Shown: positions 49,091 to 57,363 of the stretch, piece after piece
Numbering within the stretch: the stretch's first letter is position 1
Layout: every line of letters starts with the position of its first letter
Source of the DNA: Haemophilus sp.
GTDB taxonomy: Bacteria; Pseudomonadota; Gammaproteobacteria; Enterobacterales; Pasteurellaceae
Length of the DNA: 64,000 nucleotides
Direction: 5' to 3' (one strand)
NCBI RefSeq assembly: GCF_019423025.1
Contig: NZ_JAHZCD010000007.1
Program-made: the position numbers and the translations under genes
The notes under the pieces: generated by a model
What the model was told of the DNA's origin: nothing
Databases searched by the model: none
What the model saw: the letters and a program-made list of their open reading frames with translations, nothing else

Positions 49091-49789
49091 ATGAACACCA
49101 TTACTTTCCCAACAGCTCAGCATGCTGTTGAAAAGATTGCCGAAGAATTTGTGATTTATAGCCAATTAAATCACCCTGTGCATATTTCTCTTTCTGGCGG
49201 TTCAACGCCTAAGCTGTTATTCAAAACCTTAGCCCAAACGCCTTATGCGGAACAAATTAACTGGAAAAATCTGCATTTTTGGTGGGGTGATGATCGCATG
49301 GTTCCACCAACCGATTCAGAAAGCAACTATGGTGAAGTGCAAAAACTCTTATTCGATCATATTCAAATTCCAACGGAAAACATCCACAGAATTCGTGGAG
49401 AAAATGAACCGCACTTTGAACTAAAACGCTTCGAAGAAGAATTAAGTGCGGTCATTCCAAACGGTATTTTTGATTGGATCATTTTAGGTATGGGAACTGA
49501 TGGTCATACCGCTTCTCTTTTCCCACATCAAACCAATTTTGATGATGAAAACCTTGCTGTTATTGCAAAACACCCTGAAAGCGGTCAAATCCGCATTTCT
49601 AAAACAGCCAAACTGATTGAACAAGCCAAACGCATTACCTATTTGGTCACTGGCGAAAGCAAAGCGGATATTTTAAAAGAAATCCAAACGACTCCTGCAG
49701 AAAATCTGCCTTACCCTGCTGCCAAAATTCAGGCGAAAAACGGCGTGACGGAATGGTATTTGGATAAAGCGGCGGCTAAATTGCTATAA
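49091..49789 (+). CDS. pgl: 6-phosphogluconolactonase (DevB type)
   Basis: SLSGGSTPK and GMGTDGHTASLFP motifs. 232 aa. Confidence 0.92.
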   Translation: MNTITFPTAQHAVEKIAEEFVIYSQLNHPVHISLSGGSTPKLLFKTLAQTPYAEQINWKNLHFWWGDDRMVPPTDSESNYGEVQKLLFDHIQIPTENIHRIRGENEPHFELKRFEEELSAVIPNGIFDWIILGMGTDGHTASLFPHQTNFDDENLAVIAKHPESGQIRISKTAKLIEQAKRITYLVTGESKADILKEIQTTPAENLPYPAAKIQAKNGVTEWYLDKAAAKLL

Positions 49790-49822
49790 CAAGTTGAGTA
49801 TCAAATATCATAGGTTTGCAAA

Positions 49823-50215
49823 ATGATAGACTACAAAGTGAATGAACCAATTTCAGTTAAACAATTTATTGAATTGCTAAATAAGACAACGCTTGGGGCG
49901 CGCCGTCCATTAGAGGATGAAAAGCGTGTCGCGGCAATGTTACACCATGCAGATTTATTAGTGACCGCTTGGGATGGTGAACGATTAGTGGGTGTGGCAC
50001 GTTCCGTGACAGATTTTGCCTACTGCTGTTATTTATCTGATTTAGCGGTTGATGAACAATATCAAAAACAAGGTATCGGCTTGCAGTTAATTGAACACAC
50101 TAAACAAGCCTTACATCCACAAGCCAAAATTGTGCTTTTATCCGCTCCACAAGCAGTGGATTATTATCCGCATATTGGATTTACTCAACATATGAGTGCA
50201 TGGACGAAGAGTTAA
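49823..50215 (+). CDS. Small GNAT-family N-acetyltransferase
   Basis: 130 aa. Acetyl-CoA motif QKQGIGLQLIE. Confidence 0.8.
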   Translation: MIDYKVNEPISVKQFIELLNKTTLGARRPLEDEKRVAAMLHHADLLVTAWDGERLVGVARSVTDFAYCCYLSDLAVDEQYQKQGIGLQLIEHTKQALHPQAKIVLLSAPQAVDYYPHIGFTQHMSAWTKS

Positions 50216-50219
50216 TTTA
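50058..50219 (+). repeat. Direct repeat copy 1 (intact 3' end of the GNAT gene)
   Basis: Aligns with 51041..51200 (see pseudogene entry). Confidence 0.85.
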
Positions 50220-50241
50220 TTAGAATGATATGGTGACAAAA

Positions 50242-50658
50242 ATGAAAAAACTGTTTGTACTACTTACTTCAACTTTGTTATTTGCTTGTTCATCTGGTCC
50301 ATCTTTAGATCAGTTAGCGGCACAAATGCCAAAAGATAATCGCTCAGTAATGCTTCAAGTTCCGGAAGCAGGAAACCCAGTTTCAAATGGAATGCTAGTA
50401 GCAACGATTAGAACCGCAGGTGGTACTTCAGGAAAACGACTCGTATCTCTTTTAGCTACAGATAATTTACACATTGGAATTGCAGGAAACAGTCAATCTG
50501 TGAATAAAGCAGTTGCTATGTATGGACTAAATAATGCAGAAAAGGTCGGCAAGGATGTATCTTTATACCTTGTTGGAGATAGTCAAAGTGATAAAACAGA
50601 TCTAGAAAAAGCCGCAAAAGCGAAAAATGTAGAAATGCATTACATTATGCAAAAATAA
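50242..50658 (+). CDS. Hypothetical lipoprotein
   Basis: MKKLFVLLTSTLLFAC lipobox. 138 aa. No family recognised. Confidence 0.55.
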   Translation: MKKLFVLLTSTLLFACSSGPSLDQLAAQMPKDNRSVMLQVPEAGNPVSNGMLVATIRTAGGTSGKRLVSLLATDNLHIGIAGNSQSVNKAVAMYGLNNAEKVGKDVSLYLVGDSQSDKTDLEKAAKAKNVEMHYIMQK

Positions 50659-50690
50659 GATATAGATACATCAGATGCAGAGTGACTTTA

Positions 50691-51023
50691 ATGTTGAATT
50701 TAGATAATAAAAAATTTATTGCTGTTGAAAACACCGAAAATGGTGAGGTGAGTAGCCAAACAGAATTTCATTACCATCAACAAGGTAAAATGATTTGGGC
50801 CGAATATTGTGGTGGTGAAATTTTAAAAGGCTTTTTAATTGGGAAGTGGATTAACGATACTCAAATTGAATTTACGTATCAACATTTAAATCAATCTCTA
50901 GAAAATCGTTTGGGGCGTTGCTGTACAACATTTTCTTTAGAAGAAAGCAAACTCATCGGTCATGAAAAATGGCAGTGGCTAGACACGTTAGAGCAAGGCA
51001 GCTCTTTAATTAAAGAAATTTAA
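50691..51023 (+). CDS. Hypothetical small cytoplasmic protein
   Basis: 110 aa from ATG 50691. I recall similar ~110-aa proteins being misannotated as N-acetylglutamate synthase, often next to GNAT genes. This is recollection only. Confidence 0.45.
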   Translation: MLNLDNKKFIAVENTENGEVSSQTEFHYHQQGKMIWAEYCGGEILKGFLIGKWINDTQIEFTYQHLNQSLENRLGRCCTTFSLEESKLIGHEKWQWLDTLEQGSSLIKEI

Positions 51024-51040
51024 AAGAAGTTTTTCTATAG

Positions 51041-51200
51041 AATATCTGAAACAAGGTATCATCTTGCAATTGATTGAACACACTAAACAAGTCTTACATC
51101 CACAAGCTAAAATTGTGCTTTTATCTGCTACGTAAGCTGTAGATTATTATCCGCATTAGATTTATGCAACATATGAGTGCGTGGGCAAAGAGTTAATTTA
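51041..51200 (+). pseudogene. Decayed duplicate of the 3' end of the GNAT gene
   Basis: Hand alignment with 50058..50219 gives roughly 85% identity. The GNAT frame reads LKQGIILQLIEHTKQVLHPQAKIVLLSAT and then stops at TAA 51133..51135, with a 2-nt deletion further on. Confidence 0.85.
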
Positions 51201-51220
51201 ATTGTATAAGGGAAACCTTG

Positions 51221-51610
51221 ATGTCTACAACACAGATTGAAAATGCGAAAAAAATTATTGATGATAATTATGAAGAAAATCCTAATAGTTTTTTACACGA
51301 CTTTTGTCACAATTCTTTTTTTAGCAGAGAAAAATTCGAAGAATATTTAGATGCTATCGGCTATCTGATTGCTGTTGATTATCAAAGATATAAATTTGAT
51401 AGAGTAAAGTTAGTTCAGATAAATGATATACAAGCTCAAATTCTAATTTATCTTGGATATCATAAAGATCCTTCAGATGTTATTTTTATTGAAAACTTAC
51501 CTGAATATATAAATGAAGGAATTATTACTCCTTTACGGGAAAGAACAAATAGCTATAACTCAGGATTTTTTAATAGAGATGTTTTTGATTATATTATAAA
51601 AAATAAATAA
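51221..51610 (+). CDS. AT-rich orphan hypothetical protein
   Basis: 129 aa. AAGGGA RBS. Two hand-counted 60-nt lines give 22% and 30% GC, against 40% for a neighbouring gnd line. No family recognised. Confidence 0.5.
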   Translation: MSTTQIENAKKIIDDNYEENPNSFLHDFCHNSFFSREKFEEYLDAIGYLIAVDYQRYKFDRVKLVQINDIQAQILIYLGYHKDPSDVIFIENLPEYINEGIITPLRERTNSYNSGFFNRDVFDYIIKNK

Positions 51611-51695
51611 TTTATATTTTAGAGTGGGATTTGTCCCACTATTAACCATTTCCAAAATCACGGTGGGCATCCCCACACTACAACAGGAGAAAACA

Positions 51696-53150
51696 ATGTC
51701 AGTAAAAGGCGACATCGGTGTTATCGGCTTAGCCGTAATGGGGCAAAACCTCATTTTAAATATGAACGATCATGGCTTTAAAGTCGTAGCATATAACCGC
51801 ACCACTTCAAAAGTGGATGAATTTCTACAAGGTGCAGCAAAAGGCACGAATATTATCGGCGCATACTCTTTAGAAGATTTAGCTTCTAAATTAGAAAAAC
51901 CACGTAAAGTGATGTTAATGGTGCGTGCGGGTGATGTAGTGGACCAATTCATTGAGGCATTACTGCCACATTTAGAAGAAGGTGACATCATTATTGATGG
52001 TGGTAACTCAAACTATCCTGATACTAACCGTCGTGTAAAAGCATTGGCTGAAAAAGGCATTCGCTTTATCGGCTCGGGTGTTTCTGGTGGTGAAGAAGGC
52101 GCTCGTCATGGGCCATCTATTATGCCTGGTGGTAACCACGAAGCATGGCCATATGTTAAGCCAATCTTCCAAGCAATCTCTGCTAAAACAGAACAAGGTG
52201 AACCTTGCTGTGACTGGGTTGGTGGAGAAGGTGCTGGCCACTTTGTAAAAATGGTTCACAATGGTATCGAATATGGCGATATGCAATTAATCTGTGAAGC
52301 TTACCAATTCTTAAAAGAAGGTTTAGGCTTAAGCTATGAAGAAATGCAAGCTATCTTCGCAGAATGGAAAAAAACTGAACTTGATAGCTATTTAATTGAT
52401 ATCACTACCGATATTCTTGGTTATAAAGATGCTGATGGTGAACCATTAGTTGAAAAAATCTTAGATACAGCTGGCCAAAAAGGGACTGGTAAATGGACAG
52501 GTATCAATGCATTAGATTTTGGTATTCCATTAACCTTAATCACTGAATCTGTCTTTGCTCGTTGCGTATCTTCATTTAAAGATCAACGTGTTGCCGCTAA
52601 TCAATTATTCGGCAAAACAATTCAACCTGTTGAAGGCGATAAAAAAGTTTGGATTGAGGCGGTGCGTAAAGCCTTATTGGCGTCTAAAATTATTTCTTAT
52701 GCACAAGGCTTTATGCTGATTCGTGAAGCCTCTGAACAATTTGACTGGAACATCAACTACGGCGCAACGGCATTATTATGGCGTGAAGGTTGTATTATCC
52801 GTAGCCGTTTCTTAGGCAACATTCGGGATGCATATGAAGCAAATCCAGATTTAATCTTCTTGGGTTCAGATAGCTACTTCAAAGGCATTTTAGAAAACGC
52901 ATTAAGCGACTGGCGTAAAGTGGTGGCAAAATCTATCGAAGTGGGCATTCCAATGCCATGTATGGCATCTGCGATTACGTTCTTAGATGGCTACACATCA
53001 GCACGCTTACCAGCAAACTTATTGCAAGCACAACGTGACTACTTCGGTGCTCACACTTATGAACGTACTGATAAACCACGTGGTGAATTCTTCCACACCA
53101 ACTGGACAGGTCGCGGTGGCAACACAGCATCTACCACTTATGATGTGTAA
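51696..53150 (+). CDS. gnd: 6-phosphogluconate dehydrogenase (decarboxylating)
   Basis: MSVKGDIGVIGLAVMGQNL Rossmann start, 484 aa. AGGAG RBS. The track GTG start at 51624 was rejected. Confidence 0.96.
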   Translation: MSVKGDIGVIGLAVMGQNLILNMNDHGFKVVAYNRTTSKVDEFLQGAAKGTNIIGAYSLEDLASKLEKPRKVMLMVRAGDVVDQFIEALLPHLEEGDIIIDGGNSNYPDTNRRVKALAEKGIRFIGSGVSGGEEGARHGPSIMPGGNHEAWPYVKPIFQAISAKTEQGEPCCDWVGGEGAGHFVKMVHNGIEYGDMQLICEAYQFLKEGLGLSYEEMQAIFAEWKKTELDSYLIDITTDILGYKDADGEPLVEKILDTAGQKGTGKWTGINALDFGIPLTLITESVFARCVSSFKDQRVAANQLFGKTIQPVEGDKKVWIEAVRKALLASKIISYAQGFMLIREASEQFDWNINYGATALLWREGCIIRSRFLGNIRDAYEANPDLIFLGSDSYFKGILENALSDWRKVVAKSIEVGIPMPCMASAITFLDGYTSARLPANLLQAQRDYFGAHTYERTDKPRGEFFHTNWTGRGGNTASTTYDV

Positions 53151-53173
53151 GTCTAAAAACTCATGATAAACTC

Positions 53174-53209
53174 ACCGCACTTTGTTCGAATAAAGTGCGG
53201 TTTATTTTT
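53174..53209 (+). terminator. USS-pair terminator of gnd
   Basis: accgcacttt-gttcgaat-aaagtgcggt followed by ttattttt. Confidence 0.8.
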
Positions 53210-53229
53210 ACCTTATTTTGGAGAAACCT

Positions 53230-53550
53230 ATGTTACCTCAATCACGCTTAGATAAAATTTCAGAAATGGAAAACCTTCTCAATGAAGCGGAGAGTTTCTT
53301 AGCTGACGCGGAACAATTTCTTGAAAAATGGCAAGCTTTCTTACCAAAAATGAAAACCTTAGAACACTATTATTTTGATGGTGACTGGCGAGACGATTAT
53401 CAAGCTTATGAGGACGGTAAAATCCCAGAGGATATGCCTTGTGGTGTATTAAGTGAAGATTTAGTATTTAATGCGAGTACAGGACACCATGGATTGGCGA
53501 TTGAATATTTGAAAGTGGTTGCGAAAGTATTAGATCAAGCTAAAGATTAA
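53230..53550 (+). CDS. DUF4298-like hypothetical protein
   Basis: 106 aa from ATG 53230 (GGAGA RBS). YYFDGDWRDDYQAYEDGKIPEDMPCGVLSED pattern recalled from DUF4298. Confidence 0.5.
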   Translation: MLPQSRLDKISEMENLLNEAESFLADAEQFLEKWQAFLPKMKTLEHYYFDGDWRDDYQAYEDGKIPEDMPCGVLSEDLVFNASTGHHGLAIEYLKVVAKVLDQAKD

Positions 53551-53600
53551 CATTCAATATATTCAATTGTTCAAAAAAACATCGAAAAACGCATATTTTT

Positions 53601-53628
53601 GAACTTTCATTCATCTCCGTTTGTCTTA
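53601..53628 (+). promoter_or_regulatory. SigmaE-like promoter candidate for the glycine-zipper lipoprotein gene
   Basis: GAACTT (53601..53606), 16-nt spacer, GTCTTA (53623..53628), against the recalled consensus GGAACTT-N16-TCTGA/TCTAA. Confidence 0.3.
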
Positions 53629-53679
53629 TGGAGTACTATCAATATGGATAGTTTTATATGTTAAACACGGAGAGATCCT

Positions 53680-53883
53680 ATGAAATTAATTGGAAAATCA
53701 CTTGTTATCGCGATGACTATTATTTCCCTTGCTGCATGTGGAAATATGAACCGTACACAAAAAAATACAACAGCTGGCGCAGCTATTGGTGGTGCAGCAG
53801 GCTATATGCTTGGTGGTAATACCGCGACCACATTAGGTGGTGCCGCATTAGGTGGTGTAATCGGTAGCCAAGTCAATAAATAG
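53680..53883 (+). CDS. Small glycine-zipper outer-membrane lipoprotein (Pcp/SlyB-like)
   Basis: Lipobox SLAAC. Glycine-zipper AGAAIGGAAGYMLGG...GGAALGGVIGS. Confidence 0.75.
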   Translation: MKLIGKSLVIAMTIISLAACGNMNRTQKNTTAGAAIGGAAGYMLGGNTATTLGGAALGGVIGSQVNK

Positions 53884-53884
53884 T

Positions 53885-53926
53885 CAAAAAAATAACCGCA
53901 CTTAATAAGTGGCGGTTATTTTTTTA
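53885..53926. terminator. Bidirectional terminator between the glycine-zipper lipoprotein gene and srmB
   Basis: aaaaaa-ataaccgcactt-aat-aagtggcggttat-ttttttt (one bulged G). Confidence 0.75.
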
Positions 53927-55255
53927 TTATTTCTCATCTGTTTTTTCTGTGCTTGGTTTACGGCGTTTACCAATATTTTTCGTATCTTTATGACGTAATT
54001 TGGCTTTCCTCTTCACCTCTGATTTTTTCTTTTCTTCACGTTTTTCTTTAATACGCGCTTTTTGCTTTTTAGACATAGATTTTACTTCACCATCTTTTGG
54101 TGGTTTAGTACGAGGTTCTAATCCTTCTAAAATACGCGCTTTCAAAAGCTCTTCCGTATAGCGTTTAATTTTACCGAGCAATTTGTAATCATGGGCTTCA
54201 ACAAAGGAAACAGCAGTGCCCTTTTTCCCTGCGCGAGCCGTACGACCAATACGATGTAAATAGGTATCTGCGCTGTAAGGCAAATCGAAGTTCATGACAT
54301 GTGTCACATCATCGATATCAATGCCTCGAGCAGCCACATCAGTAGCCACTAACACAGTAACAACACCTGATTTTAATTTATCAATGGCATTATTACGTTG
54401 AGTTTGTGCCATATCGCCTTCTAGATAAGTAGAGCGAATACCACGTTTACGCAAGGTTTCAGACAGCTCACGTACATCTTCGCGACGACGGACAAACACA
54501 ATACCACGACTCACGTTCTCGGTTTCGATAAAACGTGCAAGCAACTTAATTTTATGTTCATTGCTATCGGCGTGATAATACCACTGATTGATTTTCTTGC
54601 GCTCACGACGACTTGGCTCTGCATCGATTTTTACTGGGTCATTCAATAAACGTTCTGCAAAATCAACTAATAAGTCCCCTTCTAATGTGGCAGAGAAAAG
54701 GAGGGTTTGTTTACGCCAACGCGTTTCAGCGGCAATTTTCTCCGCATCTTGCCCAAAGCCCATTTGCAACATGCGATCTGCTTCATCAAAAATCAGCATT
54801 TCTACCGCACGACAATCAAAGTTTTCTTCTTTGATGTATTGCAATAAACGTCCCGGCGTTGCCACCACGATATCCTGATTTGAATTAAACACTTCCCCAT
54901 GATTTTGATACGCCACTCCGCCAGTAATCGTAGCAATCTTCAAATGCGTGAATTGCGCCAACTCTTCCGCTTGTTCTGCAACCTGCATCGCTAACTCACG
55001 AGTTGGCGTTAAAATTAAAATACGAGGTGCCCCTGGTTTACGACGCGGATAATCCAATAAATGCTGAATTGCTGGCAATAAAAATGCAGCCGTTTTACCC
55101 GTGCCTGTTGGTGCAGAACCGAGCACATCACGCTCTTCCATGGCTGCCGGAATCGCTTCTAATTGAATGGCAGTTGGGCGGGTATAGCCTTTCTTTTCTA
55201 AGGCTTTTAATAATTCGGGGGAAAGATCGAATTCTTCAAATGGGGATAAATTCAT
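53927..55255 (-). CDS. srmB: DEAD-box ATP-dependent RNA helicase SrmB
   Basis: Motifs APTGTGKT, FDEADRM, SAT and HRIGRTARAG. Basic C-terminal tail. Divergent from yfiC, as in E. coli. Confidence 0.88.
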   Translation of the reverse strand: MNLSPFEEFDLSPELLKALEKKGYTRPTAIQLEAIPAAMEERDVLGSAPTGTGKTAAFLLPAIQHLLDYPRRKPGAPRILILTPTRELAMQVAEQAEELAQFTHLKIATITGGVAYQNHGEVFNSNQDIVVATPGRLLQYIKEENFDCRAVEMLIFDEADRMLQMGFGQDAEKIAAETRWRKQTLLFSATLEGDLLVDFAERLLNDPVKIDAEPSRRERKKINQWYYHADSNEHKIKLLARFIETENVSRGIVFVRRREDVRELSETLRKRGIRSTYLEGDMAQTQRNNAIDKLKSGVVTVLVATDVAARGIDIDDVTHVMNFDLPYSADTYLHRIGRTARAGKKGTAVSFVEAHDYKLLGKIKRYTEELLKARILEGLEPRTKPPKDGEVKSMSKKQKARIKEKREEKKKSEVKRKAKLRHKDTKNIGKRRKPSTEKTDEK

Positions 55256-55325
55256 TATTTTGCGTTAATTTGTTAAAATTGGAGCTGATTATACCTGAAA
55301 GTGCGGTCATTTTCCGCAAGATTTT

Positions 55326-56024
55326 ATGAGCAACTTTACCTTCAAACAATTCCATATTAATCAACAATATTGTGCAATGAAAGTCGGCACAGATGGCATT
55401 TTACTGGGTGCTTGGGCGGATGTGTCTGATTGTCAGCGAATTCTTGATATGGGAACTGGCACAGGCTTGATTGCACTAATGCTTGCCCAACGAAGTCATG
55501 AGCATTGCCAAATTGAAGCCGTTGAACTTGATCCCCTTGCAGCACAACAAGCACAAGAAAACTTCCAGGCTTCGCCATGGCACAATCGCCTTCATTTAAC
55601 ACGCCAAGACGTACAAACTTATTGCCAACAAACAGCGCATCAATTTGATTTAATTGTGGCTAATCCTCCCTATTTTGCACAAGGTGTGGAATGTAAAAAT
55701 GACGAACGAGCGCTTGCCCGTTATGTTCAACAAAGCCATTTAGATTGGTTAAATTGGGCGGCGAGTTGTTTATCCGAAAAAGGAAAGATCAGTTTTGTCT
55801 TGCCTTATGAGGCGGGGAAAACATTGATAAATTCAACCGCACTTTATTGCATTAAGCAGACTGATGTCATTACAAAAATAGGGAAAGTACCACAACGGAT
55901 GTTACTCACGTTTAGCCGAGAGCATTTACTACAGGTAAAAGACCGTTTAGTTATCTATGATGATAATAATCGATATACAGCTGCATTTATTACTTTAACC
56001 CAAAATTTTTACCTACATTTTTAA
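55326..56024 (+). CDS. yfiC: tRNA1(Val) (adenine37-N6)-methyltransferase
   Basis: [28 protein letters not shown] parallels E. coli YfiC. SAM motif DMGTGTG. NPPY motif. Confidence 0.88.
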   Translation: MSNFTFKQFHINQQYCAMKVGTDGILLGAWADVSDCQRILDMGTGTGLIALMLAQRSHEHCQIEAVELDPLAAQQAQENFQASPWHNRLHLTRQDVQTYCQQTAHQFDLIVANPPYFAQGVECKNDERALARYVQQSHLDWLNWAASCLSEKGKISFVLPYEAGKTLINSTALYCIKQTDVITKIGKVPQRMLLTFSREHLLQVKDRLVIYDDNNRYTAAFITLTQNFYLHF

Positions 56025-56236
56025 TATAAATAAACACACCTTAGGTGTTAAAACGTTATAAACCCTAATATAAAGCCGAATAAGTTGTTAGTAGCACTTT
56101 AAAGAGCATTTTGCAAATGTTACAATCGATAAGCATATTTAGTTAATAAATGGCATTATTAGCTAAATATAAGTTGGTTGGGCAATATCATTTTCAACTG
56201 AGCATGTGTAAAAAAATCATTAGGAGGGATCCAAAA

Positions 56237-56404
56237 ATGAGTAATAAAACATCAACAATTGGTATTTTGGGTATTTTATGGACAATCGCACCACTCTATG
56301 CGGCATATCATGATTTTCAAAATGGGAATATTCTTCTAGCAATAGCTGATTATATATTTTTTCCATTAGGTCTTATTAGAAGTATCATGTTCGTACTTGG
56401 TTAA
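56237..56404 (+). CDS. Small (55 aa) two-TM hypothetical membrane protein
   Basis: Strong AGGAGG RBS 7 nt before ATG 56237. The upstream part of the track ORF (from 56150) has no RBS. Confidence 0.45.
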   Translation: MSNKTSTIGILGILWTIAPLYAAYHDFQNGNILLAIADYIFFPLGLIRSIMFVLG

Positions 56405-56439
56405 TATGAAGAATTTTTTATTTTATTCAATAAACTCAA

Positions 56440-56462
56440 AAGGCAAGCTATTAGCTTGCCTT
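56440..56462 (-). terminator. Terminator of pnuC
   Basis: aaggcaagc/gcttgcctt stem. The coding strand continues ttttgagttt. Confidence 0.65.
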
Positions 56463-56489
56463 CTCTATTATTAATAATTTTGTCCTAAC

Positions 56490-57167
56490 TCACCCTAATT
56501 TTGATAGTTTCGTCCAGTTGTAATAACCATATAATGAGTTAAGTAAGTAAGCACTATACATTAAATACATCGCTGGCTGCCCTTGCCAAAGCAAAATGGA
56601 AAGCACATTTAAGACAATCCATAATAACCATTGCTCACGATAACGCAAAATCATCAATAATTGCGCCGCTACAGTGATAATTGTGGTTAAACCATCTAGC
56701 GTTGTAGAACTCCCACCCGCTGCTTTTAGAGCCTGTACAAAACAAAGAGTACCAATCGCAACACTCACAAGCAAAATTGCCCAACCTTTTGGCGTCAAGG
56801 CTTTGGCAATCACACTTTCACCACCATCATCGTTTTGCATGTTTTGTTTCCACATGAAATACCCGATAAATTGTGATGGGATATATACATAGAGCGCAGT
56901 ATTCATTTCACCAAGAAAATTGCTTCCCCAGGAGACATAAAAATACGTGTAAGCAAAAATAAGCCCAAAGAAATAGTTACTAATTTTTCCTTTACTCACA
57001 AATACTACACAGAGAATACCTGCAATCCCCGAAATCATGCCTAATGCGCTATCCGGCATAAGAACATAAGCAATAATTTGTGCTGCAAGGAAAATAACTA
57101 CCCATGCCACTTCAAAAGGCTTCCAACCTGATAAAAATTCTTCTTTAAGTCGTTCTGTCCAATTCAT
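56490..57167 (-). CDS. pnuC: Nicotinamide riboside transporter PnuC
   Basis: GKISNYFFGLIF and the WLLWIVLNVLS region shared with H. influenzae PnuC as recalled. Start taken at MNWTERL. Confidence 0.8.
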   Translation of the reverse strand: MNWTERLKEEFLSGWKPFEVAWVVIFLAAQIIAYVLMPDSALGMISGIAGILCVVFVSKGKISNYFFGLIFAYTYFYVSWGSNFLGEMNTALYVYIPSQFIGYFMWKQNMQNDDGGESVIAKALTPKGWAILLVSVAIGTLCFVQALKAAGGSSTTLDGLTTIITVAAQLLMILRYREQWLLWIVLNVLSILLWQGQPAMYLMYSAYLLNSLYGYYNWTKLSKLG

Positions 57168-57363
57168 GGAACACTCCTGTTTTATGAAAAAGTATGTCAT
57201 TTTTACACCGCACTTTTTTAAAGTAAAGCTTAGGTAACATTTAATTTAATTATTGTGAGAAAAATCACACTTTATTTTTCATGCTTTTACTCGCCTGTAC
57301 CTTGCATTCCCTTATAATCAGACTACAATATCGCCCCATTTTAAGAGATTCATTAAGAGGAAG

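Noticed and set aside
49823-50215. GNAT gene as a TacT/AtaT-type toxin of a toxin-antitoxin pair
   Set aside because: There is no small RHH/DUF1778 antitoxin ORF upstream, since pgl ends 33 nt before it. The sequence looks like an ordinary small GNAT.
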